Of a DNA stretch of 64,000 bases, positions 36,611-45,740 are shown one piece after another. The position numbers and the translations under genes are program-made. Each line of letters begins with the position of its first letter. Position 1 is the stretch's first letter. The notes under the pieces were generated by a model. The model searched no databases. It worked only from the letters and a program-made list of their open reading frames with translations, and was not told the origin of the DNA. Source of the DNA: Bacillota bacterium (GTDB lineage: Bacteria > Bacillota > Negativicutes > Sporomusales > Sporomusaceae). The stretch is from the NCBI GenBank assembly GCA_023443285.1, contig JAEZVB010000128.1, positions 3,385 through 67,384 on the forward strand. The letters run 5' to 3'.

Positions 36611-36889
36611 GTGTGTTGGTCCTGCAATCCGTACTGCGGAGGATGCAAGCCGCCTAAAGAAAAACCGGTTAAATGCGGTGAATGCGGGCACTATACCTTT
36701 CCAGAACTTAAGTACTGCAAAAAATGCGGTGCTACGTTACCGCCACCCAAGGAGCGGCCAACCGTAATGTGCTTATATATTGAAGCGATGTGTGCAAATC
36801 CTTGCAACAAACACAAAAAGCCTTCGCAAGATGGGCAGACAAAAACGTGCAAATGGCATACAGCGCCTAAAAGTGAACCAATTATTTAA
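36611..36889 (+). CDS. Cys-rich small protein (multiple CxxC zinc-ribbon-like motifs)
   Basis: CWSCNPYCGGC, CGECG and CKKCG motifs are present. GTG start after a GGGGGG run. Confidence 0.5.
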   Translation: MCWSCNPYCGGCKPPKEKPVKCGECGHYTFPELKYCKKCGATLPPPKERPTVMCLYIEAMCANPCNKHKKPSQDGQTKTCKWHTAPKSEPII

Positions 36890-36921
36890 ACGACACTAGA
36901 GTAAAGGGTGCGGAGGTTACT

Positions 36922-37107
36922 ATGGATTATCCTTCTTTTACAAGTTCAGGTTTTGGTGAAGAAACAATTATATTTTCAAAAGGTGAATACGTATTATTGG
37001 ACATGGTAAGTAAGGGCAGTCGTTGTCTGGGAAAGACGGCTGAAGAAGCAAAGCAAAAGCTTAAGGAAATAAAAAAAGAGCATTTGGCCTATCAAATACC
37101 AGGGTGA
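36922..37107 (+). CDS. hypothetical small protein (61 aa)
   Basis: RBS GGAGG 7 nt before the ATG. Confidence 0.45.
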   Translation: MDYPSFTSSGFGEETIIFSKGEYVLLDMVSKGSRCLGKTAEEAKQKLKEIKKEHLAYQIPG

Positions 37108-37386
37108 TAAGTTAATAGCATAATAGACGATAGTATTTGAAATATTGCTTGCAATTTCTTAAAAAAAATAAATATATTAAAACTGCTTTTTATGAAGGAT
37201 ATTGTCGCTTTATGCAAGAATTATTACAAAAGACGAATCCGAGTCTGCATTTCCCATGCGGAAGTGATGACCTAGAGGTATGAAAAGCAATTTTTATGCC
37301 TGCCCAATTGTGCGAAGGAGAGTCTAGTAACCTAGACTGCTCTTTTTTTATATTGCTAGGACAAAATTTTGCTGGAGGGATTGTAA

Positions 37387-39543
37387 GTGGCAGTTACACA
37401 TTACACGAATGCTAGTTCACCTTCAACAACGGAACAATCAGCTTTTAAAAAGGAACTATTATTTCAAGAGCGGTGGCAAGCTATCCTTAGGTGTAAGGAG
37501 GAGTTTTTACAGAATCAATTGGAGGATCCACACCAACATCCTTATATGGATCAGGATGTTGCTGCCTCTTGGATTAGGTCGCGTAATAGGGGGGTTAATC
37601 CTTATTCGGTTGCAACCGGAAGCCATGTAGACTTGCAACAATTATCGGGAATTTTTGAAAAAAACCATATGCTTATCGAGATCACTAGATCATTATCTCA
37701 GTCTTTTAAAGAAATGATTCTTGCATGCGGCTACATATTTTATTTGCTAGACAATAATGGTGTTATATTACTTCATGAGGGAAGTTTTGAGAATTTTAGC
37801 ACACTTCCTGAATACTATTCAAGGACAGGCGTTATTGCCAATGAAGAAGCGGAAGGCACAACTGCTCATGAATTGTGTCTGCGGCTTAAACGACCGGTAC
37901 AATTATTGGGGCCGGAACATTATTGTGTAGCATTTCAAAATAGTATTGCCACGGCTGCACCGATAAAAGACGACAGCGGTGACATCCAGGCGGCGTTAGT
38001 GTTAGTGAGCCAGCCGTTGCTTAACACTCCTGATGAAGATACCCTTAGAAGGATGGGAATGTATAGTTTGGGTTTGGTGACTTCTTTGGCAACCGCTGTA
38101 GAAACTCAGATTGAATTAAATAAAACAACAAAGAGCTTGGAGAGCGCAAAAAGAACGGCAGAAATGGCCAATAAAGAACTGCAAACCACCCGGGATAAGC
38201 TCATAGCTGTTCACAGCACGCTAAATGCAACTTCCGCGTTTATTGATGAGGGAATAATAATAGTGGACAAACATGGCTTTATTATGCATATTAATCCGGC
38301 CGGAATGCATATGCTGAAGTTAAGTCCGAAACAAACGCTTGACAGGAATATAAGTGAGTTTCTTGATCGTAATTCAAATGTAATGTCCATAGCTGAAAAG
38401 GGCGAGAATTTTACTCTTGAAGAAAAGTTATATGTTGGTGCCGATAAGTGGTTGTATCATCTGTCGGTTCGGCCGGTAATAAATCAGGATACCCAAGAAT
38501 TAGATTCAATTGTTTTGAAAATTAGTCCCAATGAAAAAGGTGCTGCTCAACAGAATAAAAAAATAAGCAATCCGGATGTATATACGTTTGAAGATATTGT
38601 AAGCGAAGATAAGGAGTTCAAAAAGAGTTTAGTATTGGCTCAGCGATTTGCCAGTTCACCGGAAAATATTTTAATAATAGGGGAAAGTGGTACAGGAAAA
38701 GAATTGTATGCGCAGGCTATTCATAATGTAAATCGACCGCAAGGACCATTTATGGCAGTGAATTGCGCGGCAATGCCCAAGGAGTTAATCGGCAGTGAAT
38801 TATTTGGTTATGAAGGTGGCAGTTTTACCGGAGCAGAACGGAACGGCAGACCTGGTAAAATTGAACTTGCTCACGGTGGTACACTTTTTCTTGATGAAAT
38901 TGGTGATATGCCGCTAGAACTTCAAGCTGTATTACTTCGTGCACTGGAAGATAAACAAATAATGCGTGTAGGCGGCAGTCGTTATAAAAAAGTAGACTTT
39001 AGATTAGTTGCTGCCACAAACAAAAACCTCTATAAAATGGTAAAGGAAAACTTATTTCGAGAAGATCTCTATTTTCGACTGTCTGTCCTAACCATTGATG
39101 TTCCTCCACTTAGGAATCGGGGTAATGATGTTTTGGTACTTAGTCAATATTTTATTGAAAAGTATTGCCAGAAATATGGTTGGAAGACACCGCAAATAAG
39201 TTCTGCCGCTCAGAAAAAAATTAGTGAATATGGCTGGCCAGGTAATGTGCGGCAACTCCAAAACGCGATAATCTATGCAGTCAATACTACCCAAGATGGC
39301 CTAATTAAGCCTGAAAATTTACCGAACTATATCATTCTCGAAACTTGTCCGGTAAAACTTGATGATAGTATTAATAATAAAGGTAATATCGGCGAGATGC
39401 TATGTTTGGAAAACCTTGAGAAAGCTGCCATAGAGACTGCCCTTGCGCATTCAAACAACTATGTACCCCAAGCAGCGGAAATTTTGGGGATTAGTCGGTC
39501 GACGCTATATCGAAAACTTAAGGATTATAATATCGAATATTAA
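37387..39543 (+). CDS. sigma-54-dependent transcriptional activator, AcoR-like (GAF-PAS-AAA+-HTH)
   Basis: GAF-like sensor (..EGTTAHELCL..GPEHYC..AAPIKDDSG), a PAS segment, an AAA+ core (GESGTGKE, GSFTGA (GAFTGA variant), LFLDEIGDMP) and a Fis-type HTH (AAEILGISRSTLYRKLK). Confidence 0.9.
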   Translation: MAVTHYTNASSPSTTEQSAFKKELLFQERWQAILRCKEEFLQNQLEDPHQHPYMDQDVAASWIRSRNRGVNPYSVATGSHVDLQQLSGIFEKNHMLIEITRSLSQSFKEMILACGYIFYLLDNNGVILLHEGSFENFSTLPEYYSRTGVIANEEAEGTTAHELCLRLKRPVQLLGPEHYCVAFQNSIATAAPIKDDSGDIQAALVLVSQPLLNTPDEDTLRRMGMYSLGLVTSLATAVETQIELNKTTKSLESAKRTAEMANKELQTTRDKLIAVHSTLNATSAFIDEGIIIVDKHGFIMHINPAGMHMLKLSPKQTLDRNISEFLDRNSNVMSIAEKGENFTLEEKLYVGADKWLYHLSVRPVINQDTQELDSIVLKISPNEKGAAQQNKKISNPDVYTFEDIVSEDKEFKKSLVLAQRFASSPENILIIGESGTGKELYAQAIHNVNRPQGPFMAVNCAAMPKELIGSELFGYEGGSFTGAERNGRPGKIELAHGGTLFLDEIGDMPLELQAVLLRALEDKQIMRVGGSRYKKVDFRLVAATNKNLYKMVKENLFREDLYFRLSVLTIDVPPLRNRGNDVLVLSQYFIEKYCQKYGWKTPQISSAAQKKISEYGWPGNVRQLQNAIIYAVNTTQDGLIKPENLPNYIILETCPVKLDDSINNKGNIGEMLCLENLEKAAIETALAHSNNYVPQAAEILGISRSTLYRKLKDYNIEY

Positions 39544-39562
39544 TTTGTAACGTTAACAGAGA

Positions 39563-39592
39563 AGTCTCCACATAAGGTGGGGACTTTTTTTT
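39563..39592 (+). terminator. rho-independent terminator of the activator gene
   Basis: Stem AGTCTCCAC / GTGGGGACT followed by TTTTTTTT. Confidence 0.75.
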
Positions 39593-39825
39593 ATATAAAT
39601 ATTGGGCTTGATATCCACTAAAACAGGTTAGTAGGATTATTAATAATCCTAAATTGATATTACACTCTCAAAAATGGATAGCAGAATTTTTGTTAAACTC
39701 TAAGACTGTAAGGCGATTTCAATGATTTCAATTTCCTAAAAATAGATTATCGTTCAGTTATTTTATTTTCACAAAAAACTCTGAAAACCTAGAAAAATGC
39801 AGGGTTTCTAAGACTTAAAATGAAT

Positions 39826-39841
39826 TGGCACGTTTGTTGCA
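39826..39841 (+). promoter_or_regulatory. sigma-54 (-24/-12) promoter
   Basis: TGGCAC-GTTTG-TTGCA, a perfect match to the TGGCAC-N5-TTGCA consensus. Confidence 0.75.
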
Positions 39842-39871
39842 TAACAAAACTTGTGTAAAGGAGGTGATGTT

Positions 39872-40003
39872 ATGTCAGAAAACAAAACTACTGAAGAAAA
39901 ATCTCAACAGGCTCCAAAGGAGCAAACTGAAAAACCAAAAATCCCAGCATCAGCTCGTAAACCAGGACAGAACTATTCCAGTCCCAAATTTACGAAAAAC
40001 TAG
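39872..40003 (+). CDS. small hydrophilic peptide (43 aa)
   Basis: AAGGAGG RBS 7 nt before the ATG. Sequence is MSENKTTEEKSQQAPKEQTEKPKIPASARKPGQNYSSPKFTKN. The ORF-track entry 39825..40010 is in another frame without an RBS. Confidence 0.5.
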   Translation: MSENKTTEEKSQQAPKEQTEKPKIPASARKPGQNYSSPKFTKN

Positions 40004-40047
40004 TAATTAACATTTAATTGGAAGGTATGGTGCTCCGCAAGATCATA

Positions 40048-40133
40048 GGTTGATTGCGATCGGGGAAGCCAAAGATAGAAAGATGTTTGTTTCTGTGCCT
40101 AAGAGGCAGCTGTCTTTCTGATCGCAATTAACC
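40048..40133 (+). other. multi-tier stem-loop between the small ORF and the next sigma-54 promoter
   Basis: GGTTGATTGCGATC (40048-61) pairs with GATCGCAATTAACC (40120-33). AGAAAGA (40077-83) pairs with TCTTTCT (40113-19). There is an apical GCCT/AGGC stem. Confidence 0.45.
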
Positions 40134-40375
40134 ACAGGCCATGTTTTCTTAGTTAAATTTACTTAGCGTACTATTGTGATCGTACAAAAGAAAAGATTAA
40201 TATGATCCCATAATGACACTATGTCGCAAAAACGGATTGCACAGCTAATATATGCTTCATCCGTATTATGTACGCGTAAGTAAAGAGTTCTTGTTCTCAA
40301 AAGAAGATTACGAACACTTTAACTGGTAATAGAACAATCCAGCTAATTAGCCGTTTTATTGAGTTTTTAGTAAAT

Positions 40376-40391
40376 TGGCATGCTTTATGCA
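40376..40391 (+). promoter_or_regulatory. sigma-54 (-24/-12) promoter
   Basis: TGGCAT-GCTTT-ATGCA with GG-N10-GC spacing, 190 nt upstream of the alpha-1 ATG. Confidence 0.6.
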
Positions 40392-40580
40392 CTACTAGTA
40401 ACCGGACGACACAGGCAAACCATTTCAACAGGCTACACTCAGTACGCGTAAGTACAGGAGTAATGATACATTCAGCCAAGGGAATATTTTGGTACGCCAA
40501 ACGTCTGGGGAGGTGTCTCGTAAAGCTGATAGTGGGATTGTTTCTAACGTTAAGAAGTTTCTGAAAGGGTTGGTGAGGTA

Positions 40581-42821
40581 ATGAAAAAAGAATGGATGGA
40601 AAAACACGCAGACGGTAGTTATACGGTTCGTACTTGTGGTTGGTCACCTCCTGGAGACCATCCGGTAGGCTGCGGTATGAAGCTTCATGTAAAAGATGGC
40701 AAACTTGTGAAAGTTGAGGGTGATCCTGAGCATCCAATCAGTCAAGGGCGTCTATGCGTACGCTGCTTGACTTTGCCGGAATTTGTGCATCATCCTGACC
40801 GTATTATTTACCCAATGAAGCGTGCGCCGGAAAATCGCGGCAAAGATAAGTGGGAGAAAATTACCTGGGATGAAGCCTATGATATCATCGTTGAGAAGGT
40901 AAATGGCTTTAAAAAGAATTACGGTGCTGAGTCTATCGTCGTATTCGGCGGAACTGGCCGGGAAGCATGCCTGTATTACTATCCGCTAGGTTTTTCCACA
41001 CTGCAAACTCCAAATGTATGCTATCCGCTGAGCGGCTGGTCCTGCTATGGCCCTCGCTGCGCTATCACTGACTATATCCTTGGTGCGGGCTATCCAGAGA
41101 TTGACTTTGCTGGCCATTACCCTGATCGGTATGATCATCCTGGATATACAGTTCCTAAATACCTGGTACTCTGGGGCAAAATGCCATTATGGTCGAATCC
41201 AGATGGATTCTATGGTCACTCCATCATTGATATGATGAAACGTGGCACTAAAATTATTTCCATCGACCCACGACTCAATTTCCTTTCTGCCCGGGCTGCT
41301 TACTGGATGCAATTACGTCCAGGAACTGACACTGCACTTGCACTTGGTTTCCTGAATGTAATCATCAATGAAGATCTCTATGATCATAAGTTTGTTGAAG
41401 ACTGGTGCTATGGCTTTGATGAGCTTAAAGAACGTGTTCAACAATATCCTGTAGAAAAAGTTGCTGAGATTACCGGCATACCGGCTGCAAAAATTATTGA
41501 ATGTGCGAGAGCTATGGCTACTGCCAAACCTACCGCTATTCAATGGGGTCTGGCTGTCGATGAAAATCCGAACGGTGTACAATTAGGTCATGCTATCCTT
41601 TCGCTCTCCGCCATTACCGGCAACCTCGACGTGCCTGGCGGCATTACCTTAGGGCCACCCGCTGCTCTTCTTGGCAAATGGCGTGTGGAAACTCGTTCGC
41701 AGATTTCCGAAGAGCTTTGGGACAAACGTATCGGCGCCAAAGAATGGCCTGCGCTTAGCACTGCCTTGGCGACTACCCACCCGGATGAGACTTTGGACAC
41801 CCTGGAATCAGGCAAGCCATACAAACTCAGAATGGGTTGGTTTAATAGTAGTAACTTTATTACTGCTACCAATTCGGCTGCGCCGCAAAGATGGTATGAG
41901 GCTCTTAAAACCTTGGAATTTAACGTTGTTCAAGATTGCTTCATGACCCCGACTGCAATGGCATTTGCTGATGTATTCCTGCCACTTCCGACGTTTGCTG
42001 AGCATGACGGTGTTGTACTGACTCACTTTGGTCGAAATGCTATCTTTGCAGGCGCAATGAATGAAGCATTCCGCGTTGGTGACACCAGGTCAGATATTGA
42101 AGTTTGTATCGAATTGGGCAAACGCCTCAATCCGGAAAACTGGCCGTGGGAAAATGTTCCCGACTTCTTCACTGATCAACTTAAACCAGAACTGGGTATT
42201 GATTTTGACGGCTTAAGAGAAGCCGGTGTATTCCAGCCTGGCTATGAGTACAGAAAACATGAGACTGGCAAATTGAGATTTGACGGTGAGCCTGGCTTTA
42301 ATACAGTAACAGGTAAAGTTGAACTTTATTCAACACTCTTTGAAGAATGGGGCGAAGATCCGCTTCCTTACTATAAAGAGCCACCATACAGCCCAGTAAG
42401 TACTCCTGAAATTGCGAAGGAATATCCATTGGTACTCACTACCGGTGCCAGAAAAACCACCTCTTTCCATTCAGAGCATAGACAAATTAAATCCTTGCGC
42501 GATATTGATCCAGATCCGATTTTGGAAATTAATCCAGAAACGGCTGCTAGCCTAGGCATTAAAGAAGGCGATTGGGTATATATTGAAAACCAATTTGGTA
42601 AGTGCAAAGAAAAAGCTCATTTAATGCCTGCTATGAAACCTGGTGTTGTTCATGCTACTCATGGCATGTGGTACCCAGAAGAAGAAGCCGAAGAACCAAG
42701 CCTGTATGGTGTATGGAAATCCAATATTAATACCTTGATCCCTCATAAGCACATTGGTAAACTTGGTTTCGGTGCGCCGTTCAAAGCTATTCTCTGCAAA
42801 GTATATAAGGCAGAAGACTAA
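40581..42821 (+). CDS. bis-PGD (DMSO reductase family) Mo/W oxidoreductase catalytic subunit, Tat-less (alpha-1)
   Basis: 746 aa. It has molybdopterin-oxidoreductase blocks (GDPEHPISQGRLC, IISIDPR, LRPGTD) and a C-terminal dinucleotide-binding barrel (TGKVELYS..EYPLVLTTG..SFHSEH). No twin-arginine signal is present, and the N-terminal Cys spacing is atypical. Confidence 0.85.
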   Translation: MKKEWMEKHADGSYTVRTCGWSPPGDHPVGCGMKLHVKDGKLVKVEGDPEHPISQGRLCVRCLTLPEFVHHPDRIIYPMKRAPENRGKDKWEKITWDEAYDIIVEKVNGFKKNYGAESIVVFGGTGREACLYYYPLGFSTLQTPNVCYPLSGWSCYGPRCAITDYILGAGYPEIDFAGHYPDRYDHPGYTVPKYLVLWGKMPLWSNPDGFYGHSIIDMMKRGTKIISIDPRLNFLSARAAYWMQLRPGTDTALALGFLNVIINEDLYDHKFVEDWCYGFDELKERVQQYPVEKVAEITGIPAAKIIECARAMATAKPTAIQWGLAVDENPNGVQLGHAILSLSAITGNLDVPGGITLGPPAALLGKWRVETRSQISEELWDKRIGAKEWPALSTALATTHPDETLDTLESGKPYKLRMGWFNSSNFITATNSAAPQRWYEALKTLEFNVVQDCFMTPTAMAFADVFLPLPTFAEHDGVVLTHFGRNAIFAGAMNEAFRVGDTRSDIEVCIELGKRLNPENWPWENVPDFFTDQLKPELGIDFDGLREAGVFQPGYEYRKHETGKLRFDGEPGFNTVTGKVELYSTLFEEWGEDPLPYYKEPPYSPVSTPEIAKEYPLVLTTGARKTTSFHSEHRQIKSLRDIDPDPILEINPETAASLGIKEGDWVYIENQFGKCKEKAHLMPAMKPGVVHATHGMWYPEEEAEEPSLYGVWKSNINTLIPHKHIGKLGFGAPFKAILCKVYKAED

Positions 42822-42849
42822 TACTAAAAATTCGAATGGAGGGATAAGG

Positions 42850-43185
42850 ATGTCTCGTAACGGTTTATTGATTGATTATGAATATTGTACAGGCTGCCAT
42901 AGCTGTGAAGTTTCTTGCAGAAATGAGAAAAACCTCCCTAAAGACAAATGGGGAATCAAAATGACTGAAGTAGGCCCGTTTAATGTAGAAGGCGATAAAT
43001 GGGAGTGGAACTTTGTTCCGGTTCCTACTCAACTTTGTGATTTGTGCGAAGACCGCGTGGCTAAAGGACAAAAACCAGCGTGTGCTCTTCATTGCTTGGG
43101 TCAATGTATGGAAGTTGGTCCTATTGAAGAACTGGCAAAGAAAGCTGAAGCAAAAGGTAAAAGCGTAGCTATATTTGTGCCTTAA
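42850..43185 (+). CDS. small 4Fe-4S ferredoxin-type subunit (beta-1, 111 aa)
   Basis: CTGCHSCEVSC and CDLCEDRVAKGQKPACALHC motifs are present. RBS GGAGGG. It is much shorter than DmsB-type four-cluster subunits. Confidence 0.8.
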   Translation: MSRNGLLIDYEYCTGCHSCEVSCRNEKNLPKDKWGIKMTEVGPFNVEGDKWEWNFVPVPTQLCDLCEDRVAKGQKPACALHCLGQCMEVGPIEELAKKAEAKGKSVAIFVP

Positions 43186-43260
43186 GCTAAGTTTTTTAGC
43201 AAAACTCTATCCTTAATGAGTATAGTGAATGCCATGATGGGCTCTTTCGAGGGCCTATTT

Positions 43261-43312
43261 GGCATTACTCTTATAAGCTGCAAAGGTGACGCTAGCTTAT
43301 AAGAGTAATGCC
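43261..43312 (+). terminator. 18-bp perfect hairpin after beta-1 (probable terminator/attenuator)
   Basis: GGCATTACTCTTATAAGC / GCTTATAAGAGTAATGCC followed by TTT. Confidence 0.6.
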
Positions 43313-43423
43313 TTTAGCGTAGCGTCATCAATCCCTTACAATATGGAGCGAATACAGGTACAAAGATAATTATCAGTTATTTCAAAATATTCATTAGCAT
43401 AGGTCTGATGGAAGGAGAATAAA

Positions 43424-44818
43424 ATGGCGAGAAATTTTACCATTTCAGAAGTAATTGATTCTTTCGGGGTTAATAAATTTACTTGGTCTATCTTTTTCTT
43501 TCTTGGTATGGCGATGGTTTTTGATGGTTATGACTATATGGTTGTCTCTTATACGATGCCGCAAATTTCGGCGGAATGGGCGTTAAATAAAGTGCAAACC
43601 GGGAGTTTGTCTTCCTGGAGTCTCTTTGGTTTAATCCTGGGTGGAGGAATAGCTGGCATCATTTCCGACAAAATTGGCAGAAAAAAAACCTTGGTTTATT
43701 CGATTACCGCGTATTCGTTATTAACAATTCCCATCTACTTTGTCCATAGTTTTGAATGGTATGCATTTTTTCGGGTATTGACAGGAGTGGGGCTAGGTGC
43801 CTGCATTCCGGTTGTTACAACGATGTTTTCGGAGACCACGCCAACAAACCGTCGTGCTTTATTTATAACCTTTGGTATGGCCTGGATGATTGTTGGCTGG
43901 GTGTTAGGCGGTCTTATACCCACATTTGTTGTTCCTTTATACGGGTGGAGACTGTGTTATCTAATAGGCGGAATCCCTTTTTTATATGCTGTTTTCCTAC
44001 ATTTCCAAATGCGCGAATCGGCGCATTGGTTGGCCAATAAAGGCCGTAAGGAAGAAGCTGTAAAGGTTCTTCAAGATATTGAAAGAATCGCCACTGGAAA
44101 AACTACTGAGTGGGATCCTAATGCCTTAATTGTCCCGCAAAAATCTAAGGTCGTTGGTCCTAAAGCCATCTTTTCTAAAGACTACAGGCTGGCAACTGCC
44201 GGTATTTGGCTTACCTATTTTTGCGGGTGCTTTATAGTATATGGTATCAATGCATGGCTGCCTTCTCTGATGTTGGAAAAGGGGTTAAAATTATCATCTG
44301 CTTATGGACTCGCAATAGCCAATAATGCTGCCGCAATACTTGCCAATGCTTCGACTGGTTTTGCTGCTGAAATCATTGGGCGCAGGAAAAACCTTATTGG
44401 CAGTTTTTTTATTGCTGGAGCTGCTATTTTGATTATGGCTTATGTTCCAAGTAATTTTGCAGCCATTTTGGCGGCCAATATCTTTATGGGGTTTGCAATT
44501 AACTATGCAATTACTGCTGTACAACCGTTAATGGCCGAGAGTTATCCAACAGAGTTTAGAAATACAGGGGTAGCCTGGTGTCAGGCCTTCGGACGCTTGG
44601 GCGGGGCGCTAGCGCCGATTGTGGCCGGAATGATAATGGCCATGAATCTTGGCCCGCAGATGTCTTTTTTGTTTTATATCATACCGGCCCTGGTAGGCGG
44701 GTTAGCCGCTTATCTATTTGTTAAAAAAGAGACTAAGGGAAAATCCTTGGATCAACTTGCCGCCGAACAACAAACTGCAAAAATTAGTATGAAACGCGTT
44801 TGCGGCGAGGGTGAATGA
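43424..44818 (+). CDS. MFS transporter, aromatic acid:H+ symporter (AAHS)-like
   Basis: 464 aa. It has DGYD near TM1 and GRKK after TM2/3, 12 TM segments and a long central loop, as in PcaK/BenK-type carriers. Confidence 0.7.
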   Translation: MARNFTISEVIDSFGVNKFTWSIFFFLGMAMVFDGYDYMVVSYTMPQISAEWALNKVQTGSLSSWSLFGLILGGGIAGIISDKIGRKKTLVYSITAYSLLTIPIYFVHSFEWYAFFRVLTGVGLGACIPVVTTMFSETTPTNRRALFITFGMAWMIVGWVLGGLIPTFVVPLYGWRLCYLIGGIPFLYAVFLHFQMRESAHWLANKGRKEEAVKVLQDIERIATGKTTEWDPNALIVPQKSKVVGPKAIFSKDYRLATAGIWLTYFCGCFIVYGINAWLPSLMLEKGLKLSSAYGLAIANNAAAILANASTGFAAEIIGRRKNLIGSFFIAGAAILIMAYVPSNFAAILAANIFMGFAINYAITAVQPLMAESYPTEFRNTGVAWCQAFGRLGGALAPIVAGMIMAMNLGPQMSFLFYIIPALVGGLAAYLFVKKETKGKSLDQLAAEQQTAKISMKRVCGEGE

Positions 44819-45309
44819 ATGTAATTAATTGATTTATTGCTACAAGCAAATGTCATGACTGCCTGCCTTGCGGGACTGTCATGGCATTTGCCTTTTGCCA
44901 GTCTGCATTGAAAAGTGAATGAAGTGGCAAAATGCCGTTTATCTGCAAAAGTGCACATGCTAATGAACTGGTTGTCTGGTCAATGGTTTTGGTGCCAATA
45001 TTAATGATTTGTGTGCAATTGCCGGACATTTTATATCGCTTTACGTTGGAATTGGTAGTATAGTCTAGTCATTTTCCTGGAAAGAATTATTTTTGCTTAT
45101 GTATGGGGGCGTTTGAATTTTAGTTGAATCCTAAAATGATACTGTGATTGTAAAAAGGGAGCATCTACTAGCGCTTGTTTTTTCTGAATTACGGGCTTTT
45201 AAGTAGCCATCTGGAATCCTAAAAAGAGATTAGTCGATTGCTATATAGTTGTAGTAAAAATCGAAAAAAATCCTTATATTACGCAGGTTTAGGCGTATTT
45301 CCGATAAAT

Positions 45310-45325
45310 TGGCATAATTAATGCA
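45310..45325 (+). promoter_or_regulatory. sigma-54 (-24/-12) promoter
   Basis: TGGCAT-AATTA-ATGCA with GG-N10-GC spacing. Confidence 0.6.
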
Positions 45326-45391
45326 TAATAGGTAAAAAGAATGATTGTGACAGTAGTAATCATTACTAAACAATAAAGGAGGTACAACATA

Positions 45392-45532
45392 ATGTGTTTT
45401 AGACCAGCATCCTTATCTAAGCCAGTAGTTTGCCCAAACTGTGGCAAAAAGGTCGCAGCAATGGCAGGTATTAAACAAAAAGCTTGTCCTTTTTGTAAAA
45501 CCGAATTACCAAAAGATGAAGAAAAGAAATAA
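45392..45532 (+). CDS. small zinc-ribbon peptide (46 aa)
   Basis: AAGGAGG RBS. Sequence is MCFRPASLSKPVVCPNCGKKVAAMAGIKQKACPFCKTELPKDEEKK (CxxC-N16-CxxC). Confidence 0.55.
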   Translation: MCFRPASLSKPVVCPNCGKKVAAMAGIKQKACPFCKTELPKDEEKK

Positions 45533-45740
45533 AATTGTCAAATTCAGTATGTCATATTTTTACAGAACTGCAGAGTTAATAAGGCAGGCCAAGTAACTAA
45601 ACAGGCCTGCCTTTAAAAAACTGATAAGTCACAGAATTTTTAATTAATAAATTTTGTGTATTTTGCAGGCTGTTTTAGTGGTAGTAGAAGGTAAACAAAC
45701 TCTTAGGTAAGCAAACTAAAAAAAGGAAGGGGTAAGAAGC

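Noticed and set aside
39825-40010. ORF 39825..40010 (61 aa) from the ORF track
   Set aside because: It starts inside the sigma-54 promoter and has no RBS. The overlapping frame 39872..40003 has a perfect AAGGAGG RBS.
40297-40737. Minus-strand ORF 40297..40737 (146 aa)
   Set aside because: It runs antisense across the alpha-1 start, its leader and the sigma-54 promoter at 40376. It has no RBS.
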